In this document: in pieces, positions 28,070-42,714 of the stretch
Position numbering within the stretch: position 1 is the stretch's first letter
Layout: each line of letters begins with the position of its first letter
Source of the DNA: Octopus vulgaris
Taxonomy: Eukaryota
Assembly: GCA_951406725.2 (NCBI GenBank)
Contig: OX597815.1
Coordinates: forward strand, 108,934,001 to 108,998,000
Reading direction: 5' to 3'
DNA length: 64,000 nt
The notes under the pieces: model-generated
Database searches by the model: none
Told to the model about the DNA's origin: nothing
What the model saw: the letters and a program-made list of their open reading frames with translations, nothing else
Made by a program: the position numbers and the translations under genes

Positions 28070-28261
28070 CTCTTTACTCTTTTACTTGTTTCAGTCATTT
28101 GACTGCGGTCATGCTAGAGCACTGCCTTTAGTCGAGCAAATCGACCCCAGGACTTATTCTTTGTAAGCCTAGTACTTATTCTATCAGTCTCTTTTGCCGA
28201 ACCGCTATGTTACGGGGGACGTAAACACACCAGCATCGGTTGACAAGCGATGTTGGGGGGA

Positions 28262-28349
<88 letters not shown>

Positions 28350-28539
28350 CATATATACGACGGATTGCGTTGTAGATAACCTTTGCAATTAGTTTCCGTC
28401 TACCAAATCCACTCACAAGGCTTTGGTCGGCCCGAGGCTATAGTAGAAGACACTTGCCCGAGGTGCCACGCAGTGGGACTGAACCCGGAAGCATGTGGTC
28501 GGTAAGCAAGATACTTACCACTCAGCTACTCCTGCGCCT
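28070..28539 (-). mobile_element. Full-length OR2-like CORE SINE with an internal (CA)n(TA)n
   Basis: Head ending ...cctgcgcc at ~28538 and tail ttttacttgtttcagtcatttgactgcgg at ~28080. Confidence 0.88.
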
Positions 28540-28705
28540 ATGTATAAATTAATATATAATTACACACACACACACATACACACACACACATATTATAACA
28601 TACATATATAAGAGTTTGTAGTGACAGAATTTATTTGAAGTAACGCGACACTTGAACATGTATAAACAAAGATTCCAAACAATGTAATTATTAATATTAA
28701 TTTCA

Positions 28706-29325
28706 AATTTGGCACAAGACCAACCATTTCGGAGGAAAAGGAAAGTTGAATACATCAACGATGGTGATCAACTGGGACATATTTTATCGATTCCGAAAGG
28801 ATGAAATATAAAGTCGACCTCGGTGGAATTCGAACACGCAACGTAAAGACAGATGCAATGCCGCTAAGCATTTTGCCCGGTGCAGTAACGATTCTACCAG
28901 CTCACCGCCCTACTGTAAATCTTGATTTTCAAATTTTGACACAGCGCATTTTTGGTTGGAGTGTGGCGGGGTGTAAATCGATTACATCGATCCCTAGTAC
29001 TCAGCTGGTATCTTTTTTATCGACCCTGTAAGGATGACAGGCTAAGCCAGCCTCGGCAGGATTTGAACTCAGAACGTAAAGACGGACGAAATGCTGCTAT
29101 GTTCGCCGCCTTAAAGGAAATATTGATTCCAAACTTTGGCACAAGACCAACAATTTTGGGGATGGAGCAAATCGATTGCATCGGTTATAGTGATCAAAGA
29201 GTATTTATTTTACCGACCCCGAAAGGAATGAAAGACAAAATCGACCTCGGCGGAATTTGAACTCAGAATGTAAAGACGAACGAAATACTGCTAGGCATTT
29301 TTTCCGGTCTGCCTGTTCGCCGCTT
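28706..29325 (-). mobile_element. Three tandem SINE family A copies
   Basis: The aaagtcgacctcgg..gaattt/cgaac core recurs at ~28810, ~29045 and ~29240. Confidence 0.8.
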
Positions 29326-30849
29326 TAATGTAAATAGTAATATTATTTTTATATATGAAATATAGTTAATTATTTACATCATGCAATACTTAAAATTAAG
29401 CGTACTTTATCAAACAGAAATTAGTATTTAGAGATGATATGAAAGGTTTCAGAATGCAACTGATTGGTTGTCCACGCGATGTCACATAATGGTTCACAGT
29501 GAACTTTGTTCAAGAGTAAAATATAAACGTTAAATAGCCATTGCTGTCTGATAAAGAATGACGTTCGCATTATGTAAAAATTGTTGTTTATTTTACACAA
29601 AATAATAGTAATTGTGTATCTTTATGATAATGATGATTATGGTGGTAGTGGTGGAGATGGAGGTGGTGGTGGAAGTGGTGGTGGTGGAGGTGGTGGCGGT
29701 GGAGGTGACGGTGGTGACTGGATAGTGAAAAGTGTATTTTTTAAAAATTGAACTGTCTTTTTTTTAATATCACCTATCACTTAACGCATGCATATAAGTG
29801 CAATTCCGTGAAACATCCACTCTTATTTACGTAGCTGATATATGCAGTTTAACTAAAGGTTGTATCATAGGTACAGGATTCTTTTTGCTTGTTTATGAGG
29901 AAACATGGGAAAAATAAGAGTTAATATTTATTTTATGAGTGCTGTGTATTAAGTCTATAAAATTGTGAAGAAAGTATATAAAGTGCATTAAGTAATCATC
30001 ATATTCCAATTTCTTTCATTTTTTCAATCAGTAGCAGATAAGCGACCATCTTTCCATACAGACACAACACCGGCAACGCTTTCAGTTTTTTAGATAAAGT
30101 TTTCAAAAATAACCCAATAGGTTTACCATTAATTCCGTGAAATATTCACGGCTCCCGCTCGTATATATTATCGGTATATGAAACATATATCTAATAATGA
30201 ACTCAGTACATATTCTGTAGTTAATTATTTAGGTTTTAAACATGTTATTTCGAGAACATAACTGTGTTTCAAATTTATCACTTATATAAAAGTACTTTCC
30301 CTATTCTCTGAAAGAATTTTTACCATTTGTCTTGGATAAAATAGCATAGATATTTATCAGTGTCGGGAGACTTTTATACCTTTATCTTAAAAGATTATTT
30401 CTTTCTCAGTTATAATATTTCCGGCAAGTTTATCAAATCTTCAGTTTTTCTGGAACTTCCACAACACAGGAAGGTACCATTTACTTAAACAATGCAATAA
30501 AGAAACAAGCAAGGAAACACTATATGCTTCCTCAGTTTGCTCACAATGATTGACCAATTATTCTCAAATCACATGCTCAGGACTATGGGGAATGGTAAGA
30601 TAAATTGCTTATACTGGAACACCTTAAATCATAGGTTTGTTCACTTAAAGTTAATTTAATGATAAATAACAACAAATTAGATCGTATGATAAGACTAAGG
30701 TCAAGATATATTTTACTATTCCAAACAAACCATAAAAGAAACACAAGTTATTGAAAAATAATTAATCTAAAATAAATTCCTAATTTCAACACATTATGCT
30801 TGAAGTCACACGTGTGTCTATTTCTGCATCATTTAATTCCTGTGTATTA

Positions 30850-31150
30850 ATGATTTCCATTCATTCACGATGCAGTGGTGAAATGAGCTATTGTGTTGGT
30901 CTTGGCCTTTTCTTGAATGTGGTTTCCGCTCGCCTTATACTGCAGATTGAAGTTTGTAAGTAGATAAGTTTGCGCAGTATAACATGTTATTACGGGTTTG
31001 TAGCTTTTCATCAGTCAGGTCTTTCTGTTGCTGAAGTTACACGTTGGTTTTTCCCGCTGCTGCTGTTGTCGCAGGATATCTGCATTTTGGTTCTTTACTG
31101 TGTTTTCTATATTGCTCATACGACATGAGTTCGCTTTCACATTGTTTATG
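30850..31150 (-). mobile_element. Penelope-like element relic (linker and GIY-YIG region)
   Basis: The minus strand reads NVKANSCRMSNIENTVKNQNADILRQQQQREKPTCNFSNRKT* and, after frameshifts, AETTFKKR. This resembles PLE motifs of the form KVSYSCM.N...HN..IL...CNCR..C and E..FK.R. Confidence 0.65.
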
Positions 31151-32527
31151 TTGGCAACACATACGTTTTAACAACACACATACAATGTGATATATAGTGA
31201 ATTACAGAGTATAACATTCCTATTTCTTTTTCTGTTGAAACAGTTGCTGTTTATCTCTAATAACAGTATTTGTCAACCGCAATTTTTGATAAACTATTGA
31301 TTGCATTCAGCTTTGCATTCCATATGGCAACTGCAGATCGAATTATTATGATATTAGTCATAAACATATGTATGTATGTGACTTCAAACGGCGCATGCAT
31401 CAACGTTTGTAATGATCGTAATTAGCTGCATCAGAGATGTACACCACAGGTTCCAGCAAAACCTCGCATTACTCACCAACGGTTTCATTTTATAAAAAAA
31501 TGCATGACTTTATCAAGTTGCCACTATCCTGTTTGGATTATACGTGATGAAACTGATTGATTGCTGCCGTTATTATTGTTGTTCAGTATCAAACACATCT
31601 TAGTCAAGTGATCTTTGATTAAAGATATTCCACTGGAGACCAAAGACACCCTTAGTCTTTTACTCATATACCCTAGTCGTTTTCTCAGTGACACAGGACC
31701 ACATTATCTAACGTGTCAATTCTTAATCCAGAATACTACAATTGGAAGGAGATGTAATTTCATGTTAATAGCATGTCGAGCTCTAAAATAGAAGGGCCTC
31801 TAGCCAACGGGGAAATAGCACAATGGAACATTTTGCGTATTAAATATAAATTATCTAAGTCTCACGTATAATAAGTTGAAATACTTCAATCAACTGAGTA
31901 GCTCTAAGCAATTAGAAGACAAAACGACTCGCACAACCATTGTATACGATTACTCTTAAATCTTTTACTGATTTATTCATTAATCTGCATCGATTTCAGT
32001 AAACTAAAAATTACTAAGTTTTATAGATCATTGGTAAGTATTGGATCCTGTCGTGAAATCATAAATAAGTAAAAATATTAAGCTAACCACAAACATGCAT
32101 TCAGTTCCAAACCTTTACTTGATTGTAACAAATACATCATTTTTCTAATGATGTTCCTAATAGCTATATATTCCTGCATACATACATACATACACATATG
32201 TTCTTTATATTTATCGCGCGCGCGTGTGTGTCTGTGTGTGCACACGCATTTATAATGGCAATAAAAACACACTGCATTTAATCCAGCTTTCAATAATTTC
32301 TATCAATCCACTAGCACAGAGGAACAGTAGTAAATTTAGCAACAACATTAGTAATAATAATTCTTTCTATTACAGTCACAAGGAGTGAAGTTTTGTTGGG
32401 GAAAGAGCTAATCTATTACATTGAGCCTAATACTCAGCTGGTGCTTATTTCATCAGTCCCGAAAGAATGAAAGGTAAAGAGCCGACTTGGCCGGAATTTC
32501 AACTTAAAGCGTAAATCAAGAAGAAAT

Positions 32528-32981
32528 TACAGCAAATATTCTGCTCAATGCCATAGATTTGCTTGTCAGTTGTTTGACTTTAAATCAGTTGAGCATGGCC
32601 CTTAGTGGCTGACAATATGTGCATCTCTGATCATGAACAGAAGTATTTGGGGAGTGTCATAGTCCTGTGTTGAGAGGAATTCTTTGGGAATCGAATAACT
32701 CACCTCTGGAAACATGGTTGTTTCGTTCAACTTCCTTAAATAACCCTTATTCAGGGACCTTTTGAGTGGGATGGGTTACTCGACCTGAAGAAAATTCTAA
32801 TTGGACCCGCTTGCAAGGTCATACGCTGTCAATCTTTATGTGAGATCACCATATCGTGCACATATGGTTGTGATGCATGTATCTGGTGTACCCTTATCAG
32901 ACGGGTAGTGATGATGGGTATACTGGGCTTCGTATATTTTACCCCAGTGTTACTTTAATGGCATGCACTGCTCTCTCACTC
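32528..32981 (+). mobile_element. 5'-truncated copy of the (AAT)n-tailed repeat
   Basis: Homologous to 1118-1569 and ends ctctctcactc(AAT)n. Confidence 0.85.
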
Positions 32982-33004
32982 AACAATAATAATAATAATA
33001 ATAT

Positions 33005-33850
33005 GTTGTCATAGTAATGAAGCTAAAGCATGCGGAGTAAAGCCGCTTGGCAAAGATTGACTTTAAACTTTGCTGTGCATGCACATTAAGCTTCAACGTT
33101 GTAGCTCACCTCTGCTGTTTACAGCAGTGCTTGGAAGGAAGGTGTGTAGTGAGTGATCGTCGCATTGACCATGATACAGAAAAATGGTGATACCTGCTCA
33201 GAGACCTGCGCTAAGTTGTAGAAAATGTATGAAGAGGAGTGTATGAGCTGTACACAAGTGTACGAGTGGTTCAAACTTTTCGAGGATGGCCGAAAAAAGT
33301 CGTTATTGACGAACGTTCTCGGAGACCTGCAACCAACAGAACTGTGAAAAACATCGCAGATGTGCGTGCAACTGTGAGGGGAAGTGGTTGAATCACCATC
33401 CGTAAGTTATCAGAGGATGTGCAGATTAGATACAGTTCAGTTCAGTCTATTATCACTGAAGATTTGGGTATGAGACTCATATCTGTTAACTTTGTGCCCA
33501 AACCACTTTCAGCTGGCCAAAATGACACTTGGGTTTCAGATGCACAAGATCTCGTTGATTGTGTCGAGAACGATGAAAACTTTTTGAGAACCTTGCGTAG
33601 GCATCTGAGCAGGTATCGCCAAGCTTTTGGCAAAATTCTCTGCTCAACTTTCTCTGTCATGGTCAACGCGACGATCACACGCTACATACCTTCCTTCCAA
33701 GCACTGCTGTAAACAGCGGATGTAATCTCGAATATTAAAACTTAGTGCACATACACAGCAGAGTACAAGGTCAATCTGTGCCAAGCGGCTTTAATCTGTA
33801 TGATTTAGCTTCGACACTATGGCAACAGTCCGGATACTTAGTGATCATAA
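33005..33850. mobile_element. Mariner-derived element with long (~180 bp) inverted ends
   Basis: 33005-33182 is the reverse complement of ~33650-33827. The interior encodes mariner HTH-like remnants (KMYEEECMSCTQVYEWFKLFEDGRK..DERSRRP; IITEDLGMRLISVNFVPKPL). Confidence 0.85.
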
Positions 33851-34676
33851 TCAGTAAATACTGTAAAATAGAGTTCATATTTCCATAATCATTACTTGTC
33901 ATAGATATGGATCTGTGATGATACAACGCATTTCACAGGCCGCCGCCGGCTAAACTCATATTCTATGAAATTATAAAAATTATAATCTACACAAAACACA
34001 AGCGTCACTCGACACTAAACCACGTAACATAAGTTACACTACAGTTGCGAAACACAATCAATATTCAACAAAACTATACAATTCTTATTTCTCGCTATTC
34101 ATTACGAAACTCTAAAGTAGCACAATAAAGTAAAACAAAAATCTCTCAACATAGCGAGACATATATAGTATATATTTAAATAGTACATATGTACTATTTA
34201 AGAGCAGTGTGCTATACTCTTAAATGATGGTGCTGCACACATTTTAAAAAGATAAACATGCACCTAGAGTTGGTCTATAAGTTCGCCTGAAACTACAAAA
34301 AACTTGATAATGACACTAATTATATTAATTTCATCTTGTTTTATACATAAAACGAAGAATGAGTGATGCTATTAAGCATATAACTGTGAGAATTTGTCTT
34401 TTTATCTAATGTGAAGAGAAAAATATATGTGAATGAAATATTGTAGTCACACAAATAGCTCTGCTCGCCCCAGGCTAACCTAGGGTAACGGAATAACAAC
34501 AGTAAAATTGATATGGAAAAAATTCCGGGTAATATGGATATATTTTTAAACATCGACATACATGCCCTAACACGCATACGTAGTGACCCTCACAAATGTA
34601 AAAAATACTCGCGCATTTGTACATATAAACTCCATGCTTGCATACAAACCTGCATCCCTCCATACATTCATAGATG

Positions 34677-35134
34677 CAACATACATACATACATACATAC
34701 ATACATACATACATAAATACACACACATATATGCATACATACATGCATACATACATACATACATAAATACATACATGCATATATACATGCATACATAGAT
34801 ACATACATACATACATACATACATACATAATACATACATGCACACATACATACATACATACATACATACATACATAAATACATACATACATACGTACATA
34901 CATACATACATACATACATACATACACATACATACATACATACATACATACATACATACATACACATACATACATACAAACATACATACATACATACATA
35001 CAAACATACATACATACATACATACATACATACATACACACATACATACATACACACACACACACATACATACATGCATACATACATACATACATACACA
35101 CATACATACATACATACATACATACATAATACAT

Positions 35135-35165
<31 letters not shown>

Positions 35166-35265
35166 TACATACATACATACATACATAAATACACACACAT
35201 ACATACATACATACATACATAAATACATACATGCATACATACATAAATACATACATATACATACA

Positions 35266-35299
<34 letters not shown>

Positions 35300-35320
35300 C
35301 ATAATACATACATACATATG
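34677..35320. repeat. Degenerate (ACAT)n tetranucleotide array (~640 bp)
   Basis: Directly visible. It is the source of the spurious MYVC/HTYI ORFs. Confidence 0.97.
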
Positions 35321-35701
35321 TGCATACATATTAACGAGCGAATGAAGGATGTTATATGCCGTTGTTCGACTTTCTGAAAATAGTAGCAGATTATCCAACA
35401 AGTTTCCCGTACCATTTAAATTTACGAAAAAAAAAAAAAATAATGAAGATCTGAAGATATAATCGAGTGGGCACTGCTGGGTTTACTTAACAATTCTGTT
35501 TAAGTTCTGCCAGTCCTGAAGCTGAGTATCAACATACATGCGGGCATACGTACGTATTTCGGGGAAAACAAAATATAGAAACGTTTACTTACTCAGCTGT
35601 CAACGAAATAGATTACTTCAGGTAAAAGCGGCGATATATTTTATCTCTTAAATATGATAAATAAATGCTCACACATACATGTAAATATTTCAAACATATA
35701 C

Positions 35702-35750
<49 letters not shown>

Positions 35751-35836
35751 CATATATAATACCTACTCACGGACACCCGCGTACACACAAACATACAACT
35801 TACACACGCCCACAAATACAAATGTACAATTACACA

Positions 35837-35887
<51 letters not shown>

Positions 35888-36200
35888 GCACACGCACACA
35901 CACATTCAGTTTCTAAGCAAGGAGGTATACGTGTTGGTCTTTATGTTTATGATCAGTTATTTACGTTCCGCTTGGTCGATTGAAATATTTTAGCTGAACA
36001 GAAATATGACACAATAATTTGCGACACAAATATACATATCAGCACCGATACTGACGCTTCAACCCACACTATATAAGTACATTTTCATATATACTTGTCT
36101 ATAGAGTTTCTTTTACATACCTATATACATACGCACACACGCGCACACACACACACACACACACACGCACGCACACACACACACACACACGCACGCACAG

Positions 36201-36236
<36 letters not shown>

Positions 36237-36249
36237 TCTTTCTTTCTTT

Positions 36250-37160
<911 letters not shown>

Positions 37161-37199
37161 TAAATAATAAGGGTAGAAATTGATGTTAACCAATTAAAA

Positions 37200-37862
37200 C
37201 CAGTGGCTTAGTATATTTAAAAATCCGAAGATTAAAAATTGTATTACATATAAACTTAGATATGTTTCGACCAAATATTGGTCCAGCCCATGTCTAACTT
37301 AATAGCACCACCTGATAGGATTATCGAAATATTATTTAAGTCAAGTTTTGTGGTATCATGGTTCATTCGAGTAAAGGGTTCTTGTTGAGTGAGTTGTATT
37401 CCAGGTTTAGGTGACTTGTTTGGTATTTCTTGAAGAAATTTGTCCAGATTCCGTTTAAAGGTAATGGGATCCTTTTCTTCTTTGATCTGTTTTGGGACAA
37501 TGTTAAATAGGGCAGGACCTATTGAAGAAAAGAAATTGTGTCGTGGAGTACCCATATGTTGTGATCCTGATTTGGGCTGGGGACGTATGGTCCGTGGTCC
37601 TAGCCTTGTATGAACCTTGAAGCTAATGTTCAGGTTGTTTGGGCAATGTTGGCGGTGCATTCTCCACATTGTGCAAATTATGTACCGCTCGCGGAGGCGC
37701 TGGAGAGAGTAGAGTTTCAAGGTTTTAAGGCGGTCCTTGTAGTCTTGATCCGTTATGCCTTTAATTCGTTTAGTGAATGTCCTCTGGGGTGATTCAGTTT
37801 TAGAGATGTTTTGTTTTGTATGGGGAGACCACAAGGGGTAGCAGTATTCGAGGTGTGGCTAT
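37200..37862 (-). mobile_element. CR1-clade LINE 3' end
   Basis: PHLEYCYPLWSPH..ISKTESPQRTFTKRIKGITDQDYKDRLKTLKLYSLQRLRERY...FKRNLDKFLQEIP. Confidence 0.88.
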
Positions 37863-37966
37863 GTATATATATATATATGATCCCTTTTGTTGACCACCAT
37901 ACAGTGACCATCAACGTTTTAGGGAGCAATGGTGGTTTTGGTTGTGTTTTGGTGACACGGTGACAC

Positions 37967-38674
37967 GTCCTTGTTTCGCATACATTCGATCCTTTTCAAG
38001 ATTAATCAGCCGAAATTGCGAGGATGATCCGGTTCTTGACTGAAGAATTTTTGTATCGTCTATTTGAATGTTTGGCGTTCTTGTCCCATTTTGTATTTTT
38101 TTATATACATATTATTGCGGCGTACGTACACCTTATTCTCTTATATGTTTGTAAACATTCCACTAAATTTTGTACGACTTCTACACACACTTTCTTTGTC
38201 TTTCTTACTTTGTACTTCACTGTCTCTGTATTTCTCTTTTCTCGCCTCCTTGATTCTTCGGTCTCCCCTTTCCCCACTCTCTCACATTTCTTTGCCTTTC
38301 TTACTCACTGACCCTGTCTCCCCTTTCCCCACTCTCTCACATTTCTTTGCCTTTCTTACTCACTGACCCTGTCTTTCTTTTGTCTCGCCAATCCTTGGCA
38401 CGCTCTCTTTCTTCTCCCCATCCTTAATTCCTTTTTTCTCTCTCTTCTTCCCCTCCTTAATACCTTTGTTCCTCTTTTTCTCTCTCTTCTCCCTCTCTTT
38501 AATTCCTTTGCCCCTTTTTTTCTCGCTCTTCTCTTCTCACGTGACCGCTGGTCTTTCCGCTTCGGATCAGCGCCACGATAACATCGTATTCTCCGTCTGC
38601 CGTAAGGCATTATTTTTTAAATACGCCAGCTAAGTTCAACTCGTCTAAGTCGAAAGACGCCTGTTGTTATGTCC

Positions 38675-38765
<91 letters not shown>

Positions 38766-38958
38766 TTGTTGTTTTGTATTTATATTCGTGTAACATCGTC
38801 CGTTTTTCTGTCTTTGTTTCGTATACATTCGATCCTTTTCAAGATTAATCGGCCGAAATTGCGAGGATGATCCGGTTCTTGACTGAAGATTAGAGGCTTC
38901 GAATGACCCGTCCGTGTTTTTTGTATCGTCTTTCTGAATGTTTTGCGTTCTTGTCCCA

Positions 38959-38970
<12 letters not shown>
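37967..38970 (+). mobile_element. Non-coding element bounded by ~140-160 bp direct repeats, next to TA/CA tracts
   Basis: 37967-38102 matches 38810-38970 (tacattcgatccttttcaagattaatc..ccgaaattgcgaggatgatccggttcttgactgaaga). The CT-rich interior has a 55 bp tandem duplication (38261-38370) and (ATT)n. Confidence 0.75.
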
Positions 38971-38989
<19 letters not shown>

Positions 38990-38990
38990 G

Positions 38991-39310
<320 letters not shown>

Positions 39311-39313
39311 GTG

Positions 39314-39399
<86 letters not shown>

Positions 39400-39977
39400 C
39401 ATATATATATGTATTTGCATATATATATGTATGTATATGTAAGTATGCATGTGCGAATATATATGTAATTACGTATACATGTGTTTGTATGTGTGCGTGC
39501 CACTATTTCAAAGGAAAAAATTACGACAGGTATAAATTTCATTTCACGCCCTTTCTCTCCTTTATGGCAGTTATAAGTACTTATGTGGTCTAGATGTTTA
39601 TTGTAGACATGCACCCATGCATGCACAGGTTTACATACACAGACTTGCTCACACATACGCACACACGCACACACATACATAGAGGAACATACGCACATGC
39701 GCACATGCACGCGCGCATGTACGCATCAACACTACACTTATAGGTATATGGCCAGTTGTGTGTCTTCATTGCTTTATCAGATAAGCGAGAGTAGCACTTT
39801 TTTTCTAGTAAGTCCAAATTGACGAGGAACGATAATAAAATATTTCGTTTGCTTAGCTGCTAAAGTAGAAAGCAACTCATCAAATCAACTATAGAATTAC
39901 CATAAGAATAGACTGTTCCTTATAATAGAAGGGTGCACTACACAAAAGTTACCGAATGAACGACAGGTCGTTCATTT

Positions 39978-40200
39978 GACAGAAACGTTAGCACGCCGGG
40001 CGAAATGCTTAGTCTATTGTCGTCTGCCGGTACGTTCTGAGTTCAAATTCCGCCGAGGTCGACTTTGCCTTTCATCCTTTCGGGGTCGATAAATTAAGTA
40101 CCAGTTACGCACTGGGATCGATGTAATCGACTTAATCCGTTTGTCTGTCCTTGTTTGTCCCCTCTATGTTTAGCCTCTTGTGGGTAGTAAAGAAATAGGT
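39978..40200 (+). mobile_element. SINE family A
   Basis: Near-identical to 42051-42288. Confidence 0.88.
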
Positions 40201-40417
40201 AGTTGTGTTACACATAGTGACTAATTATGGCCATCATATCACCCACAAACAATTACAATACGATGGGCTTCCGTCCAATAAGTTTCATACACAGAACTTT
40301 GGTCAATCGAAGACTGCTAACGAAAGAAACCCCTTTAGGGTGCTCCAAAGCGTAATCGAACGAGGAACCACATAATTGTAAAGCAAACATTTCAGCTTTA
40401 CATCTGTACCTGTAATA

Positions 40418-40641
40418 TACGAGGTGCTATCAAAAGATTCCCGGACTGGTTATGTTTAATTTTAAAAAATGACTTAGGCGCAGGAGTGGCTGTGTGGTAA
40501 GTAGCTTGCTAACAAACCACATGGTTCCGGGTTCAGTCCCACTGCGCGGCATCTTGGGCAAGTGTCTTCTGCTATATCCCCGGGTCGACCAATGCCTTGT
40601 GAGTGGATTTGGTAGACGGAAACTGAAAGAAGCCTGTCGTA

Positions 40642-40716
<75 letters not shown>

Positions 40717-41385
40717 TATGTGTGTGTGTTTGTCCCCCTAGCGTTGCTTGACAACCGATGCTGGTGTGTTTACGTCCCCGTCACTTAGCGGTTCTGCAAA
40801 AGAGACCGATAGAATAAGTACTGGGCTTACAAAGAATAAGTCTCGGGGTCGATTTGCTCGACTAAAGGCGGTGCTCCAGCATGGCCGCAGTCAAATGACT
40901 GAAACAAGTAAAAGAGTAAAGAGTAAAGAGTATTTACCTAAGTTTTAACTCCTTGGAAATAGTCACCTTGCGCAGCAATACACCGGTACCAGCGTTCCTA
41001 CCACTTTTGGAATCCGGCCTGGAAGTCATTTTCTGTAAACGAGTGAGGACCTTCTGCGTTTCGCTCTGGATTTCCACAACGGTGTTAAAATCGCAACCTT
41101 TGAGCTGGTTGAGGAAAAGATGAAAGTCCGCGGAAGCAACACCATGTTGTGTTTTGCGATAAACTCATGAGTGAGGAGAGCTCGATGAAGAATCCAATTC
41201 TTCGCGCTTCACAAATTCGGTCGCTTTCGCCGAATGTCCTCCCTCAAACGCTTAAAACGTCATGATTGACAGTAAAATACCACATTTCCAGGGGTGACGC
41301 TCGTGGCAGGTCTTTCAGATCGGTTATCGTCTTCCAGGGACGTTCTTCCGGTTTTGAAGCACCTGTGTCACTCGAAACATTGCGT
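40418..41385 (-). mobile_element. Mariner relic interrupted by a SINE
   Basis: TA|CGAGGTGCTATCAAAA terminus. The minus strand encodes NDFQAGFQKW*ERWYRCIAAQGDYFQG (mariner C-terminus). Confidence 0.75.
40477..40930 (+). mobile_element. Full-length OR2-like CORE SINE
   Basis: GGCGCAGGAGTGGCTGTGTGGTAAGTAGC...CAGTCAAATGACTGAAACAAGTAAAAGAGTAAAGAG. Confidence 0.9.
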
Positions 41386-42050
41386 ACAACACATACATAC
41401 ATACATACATACATACATAACAAATACATCATCCTCTGTGTGTGTGTGTGTGTGCGCGCATGCGTGTGCGTCTGCCTGTCTGTCCACTGTGTATGTATGT
41501 ATGTATGTATGTATGTATGTATACACACAGGTAGACACGTATTTGAGTAGGTACGCATATGAGTATATGAGTGTATATGTATCAATGAGTGCTTATTTTT
41601 GTGCGCAGTACATCAAAGAGAGAAAACAAATTGGTAATTCGTCAGTATGTTACACTGAGTTGCGTCCCTTTATGCAAGTAATCATTATTGCTCATGCATG
41701 CAATCGATGAAAATTCTCCTTGAAAGTTGTGCTCCTGCATAGTTGCTGGCCCGTGTTTGACACCAGTAATGAAATAAAGGAATACACTTAAGTGAGTGGA
41801 TGTGCATTTAAAATTGAACGCATAAAAATCCAACTTGTGTCGTACATATCGCAGTAAAGGAAAAAGCGTATAATTTGACGAGCAGTATGTTCAATAGTTA
41901 ACGCTATCGTTGAGACTGAGAGGAATTAAGCTTCTCATGTCGTGGAAGGGCCCTTTCTTTTAATTTTTTTTTTTTCGTGCAATTAATCGAGGGAAGTCAT
42001 AAACACCATCGAAGAAAATGTGATGCGGTATTCGTTTACAGTTCAATGGA

Positions 42051-42288
42051 AGGCGGCGAGTTGGCAGAAACGTTAGCGCGCCGGGCGAAATGCTCAGAAG
42101 TATATCGTCTGTCGCTACGTTCTGAGTTCAAATTCCGCCGAGGTCGACTTTGCCTTTCATCCTTTCGGGGTCGATTAAATAAGTACCAGTTACGCACTGG
42201 GGTCGATGTAATCGACTTAATCCGTTTGTCTGTCCTTGTTTGTCCCCTCTGTGTTTAGCCCCTTGTGGGTAGTAAAGAAATAGGTATT
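42051..42288 (+). mobile_element. SINE family A flanked by an 18 bp direct repeat
   Basis: ggtattcgtttacagttc at 42027-42044 and 42283-42300. Confidence 0.9.
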
Positions 42289-42714
42289 CGTTTACAGTTC
42301 TTTACTTCGTTATGGACAGTCTACAGAATAAGTACCAGTTAAAGTGGGATCGATAATAACGAATATACTCTCCCCGTCCCCGCTAAATGTATAGGTTTAC
42401 ACTCATTTGAGAAATCGGTATGATGCTCTTCCCTGGACAAATGAAATGAGAAAGAACCTAAAATGCATTTAATTGAGCCGGTCCACGTTTAACATATACA
42501 GAATCAATAGATATAGTGAGTGATGTAATAAAGGGTACCAGTGATAATGACAATCGCGGTAGTAATCAAGAAAAAAGTCTCTTAATTAATAGTACTTGAA
42601 TATTATTCATAACAGTTGTGTATTATAAAATATTCACTCAACGGCAAATATTTTAGTCCTTTACCAGTAGGGGTGATAACTCCGGACGTGTTTTGCAAAT
42701 GATGATGTTGGTTT

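Noticed and set aside
29640-29720. Gly-rich reading (GGT/GGA repeats)
   Set aside because: A short degenerate trinucleotide repeat in non-coding context.
38880-38912. CTGAAGA...GAAT as a hammerhead
   Set aside because: There is no GAAA and no convincing stems I or III, so it is not counted among the motifs.
40477-40550. tRNA-like sequences with A/B boxes, in many copies
   Set aside because: They are SINE heads that continue into SINE bodies, not standalone tRNA genes.
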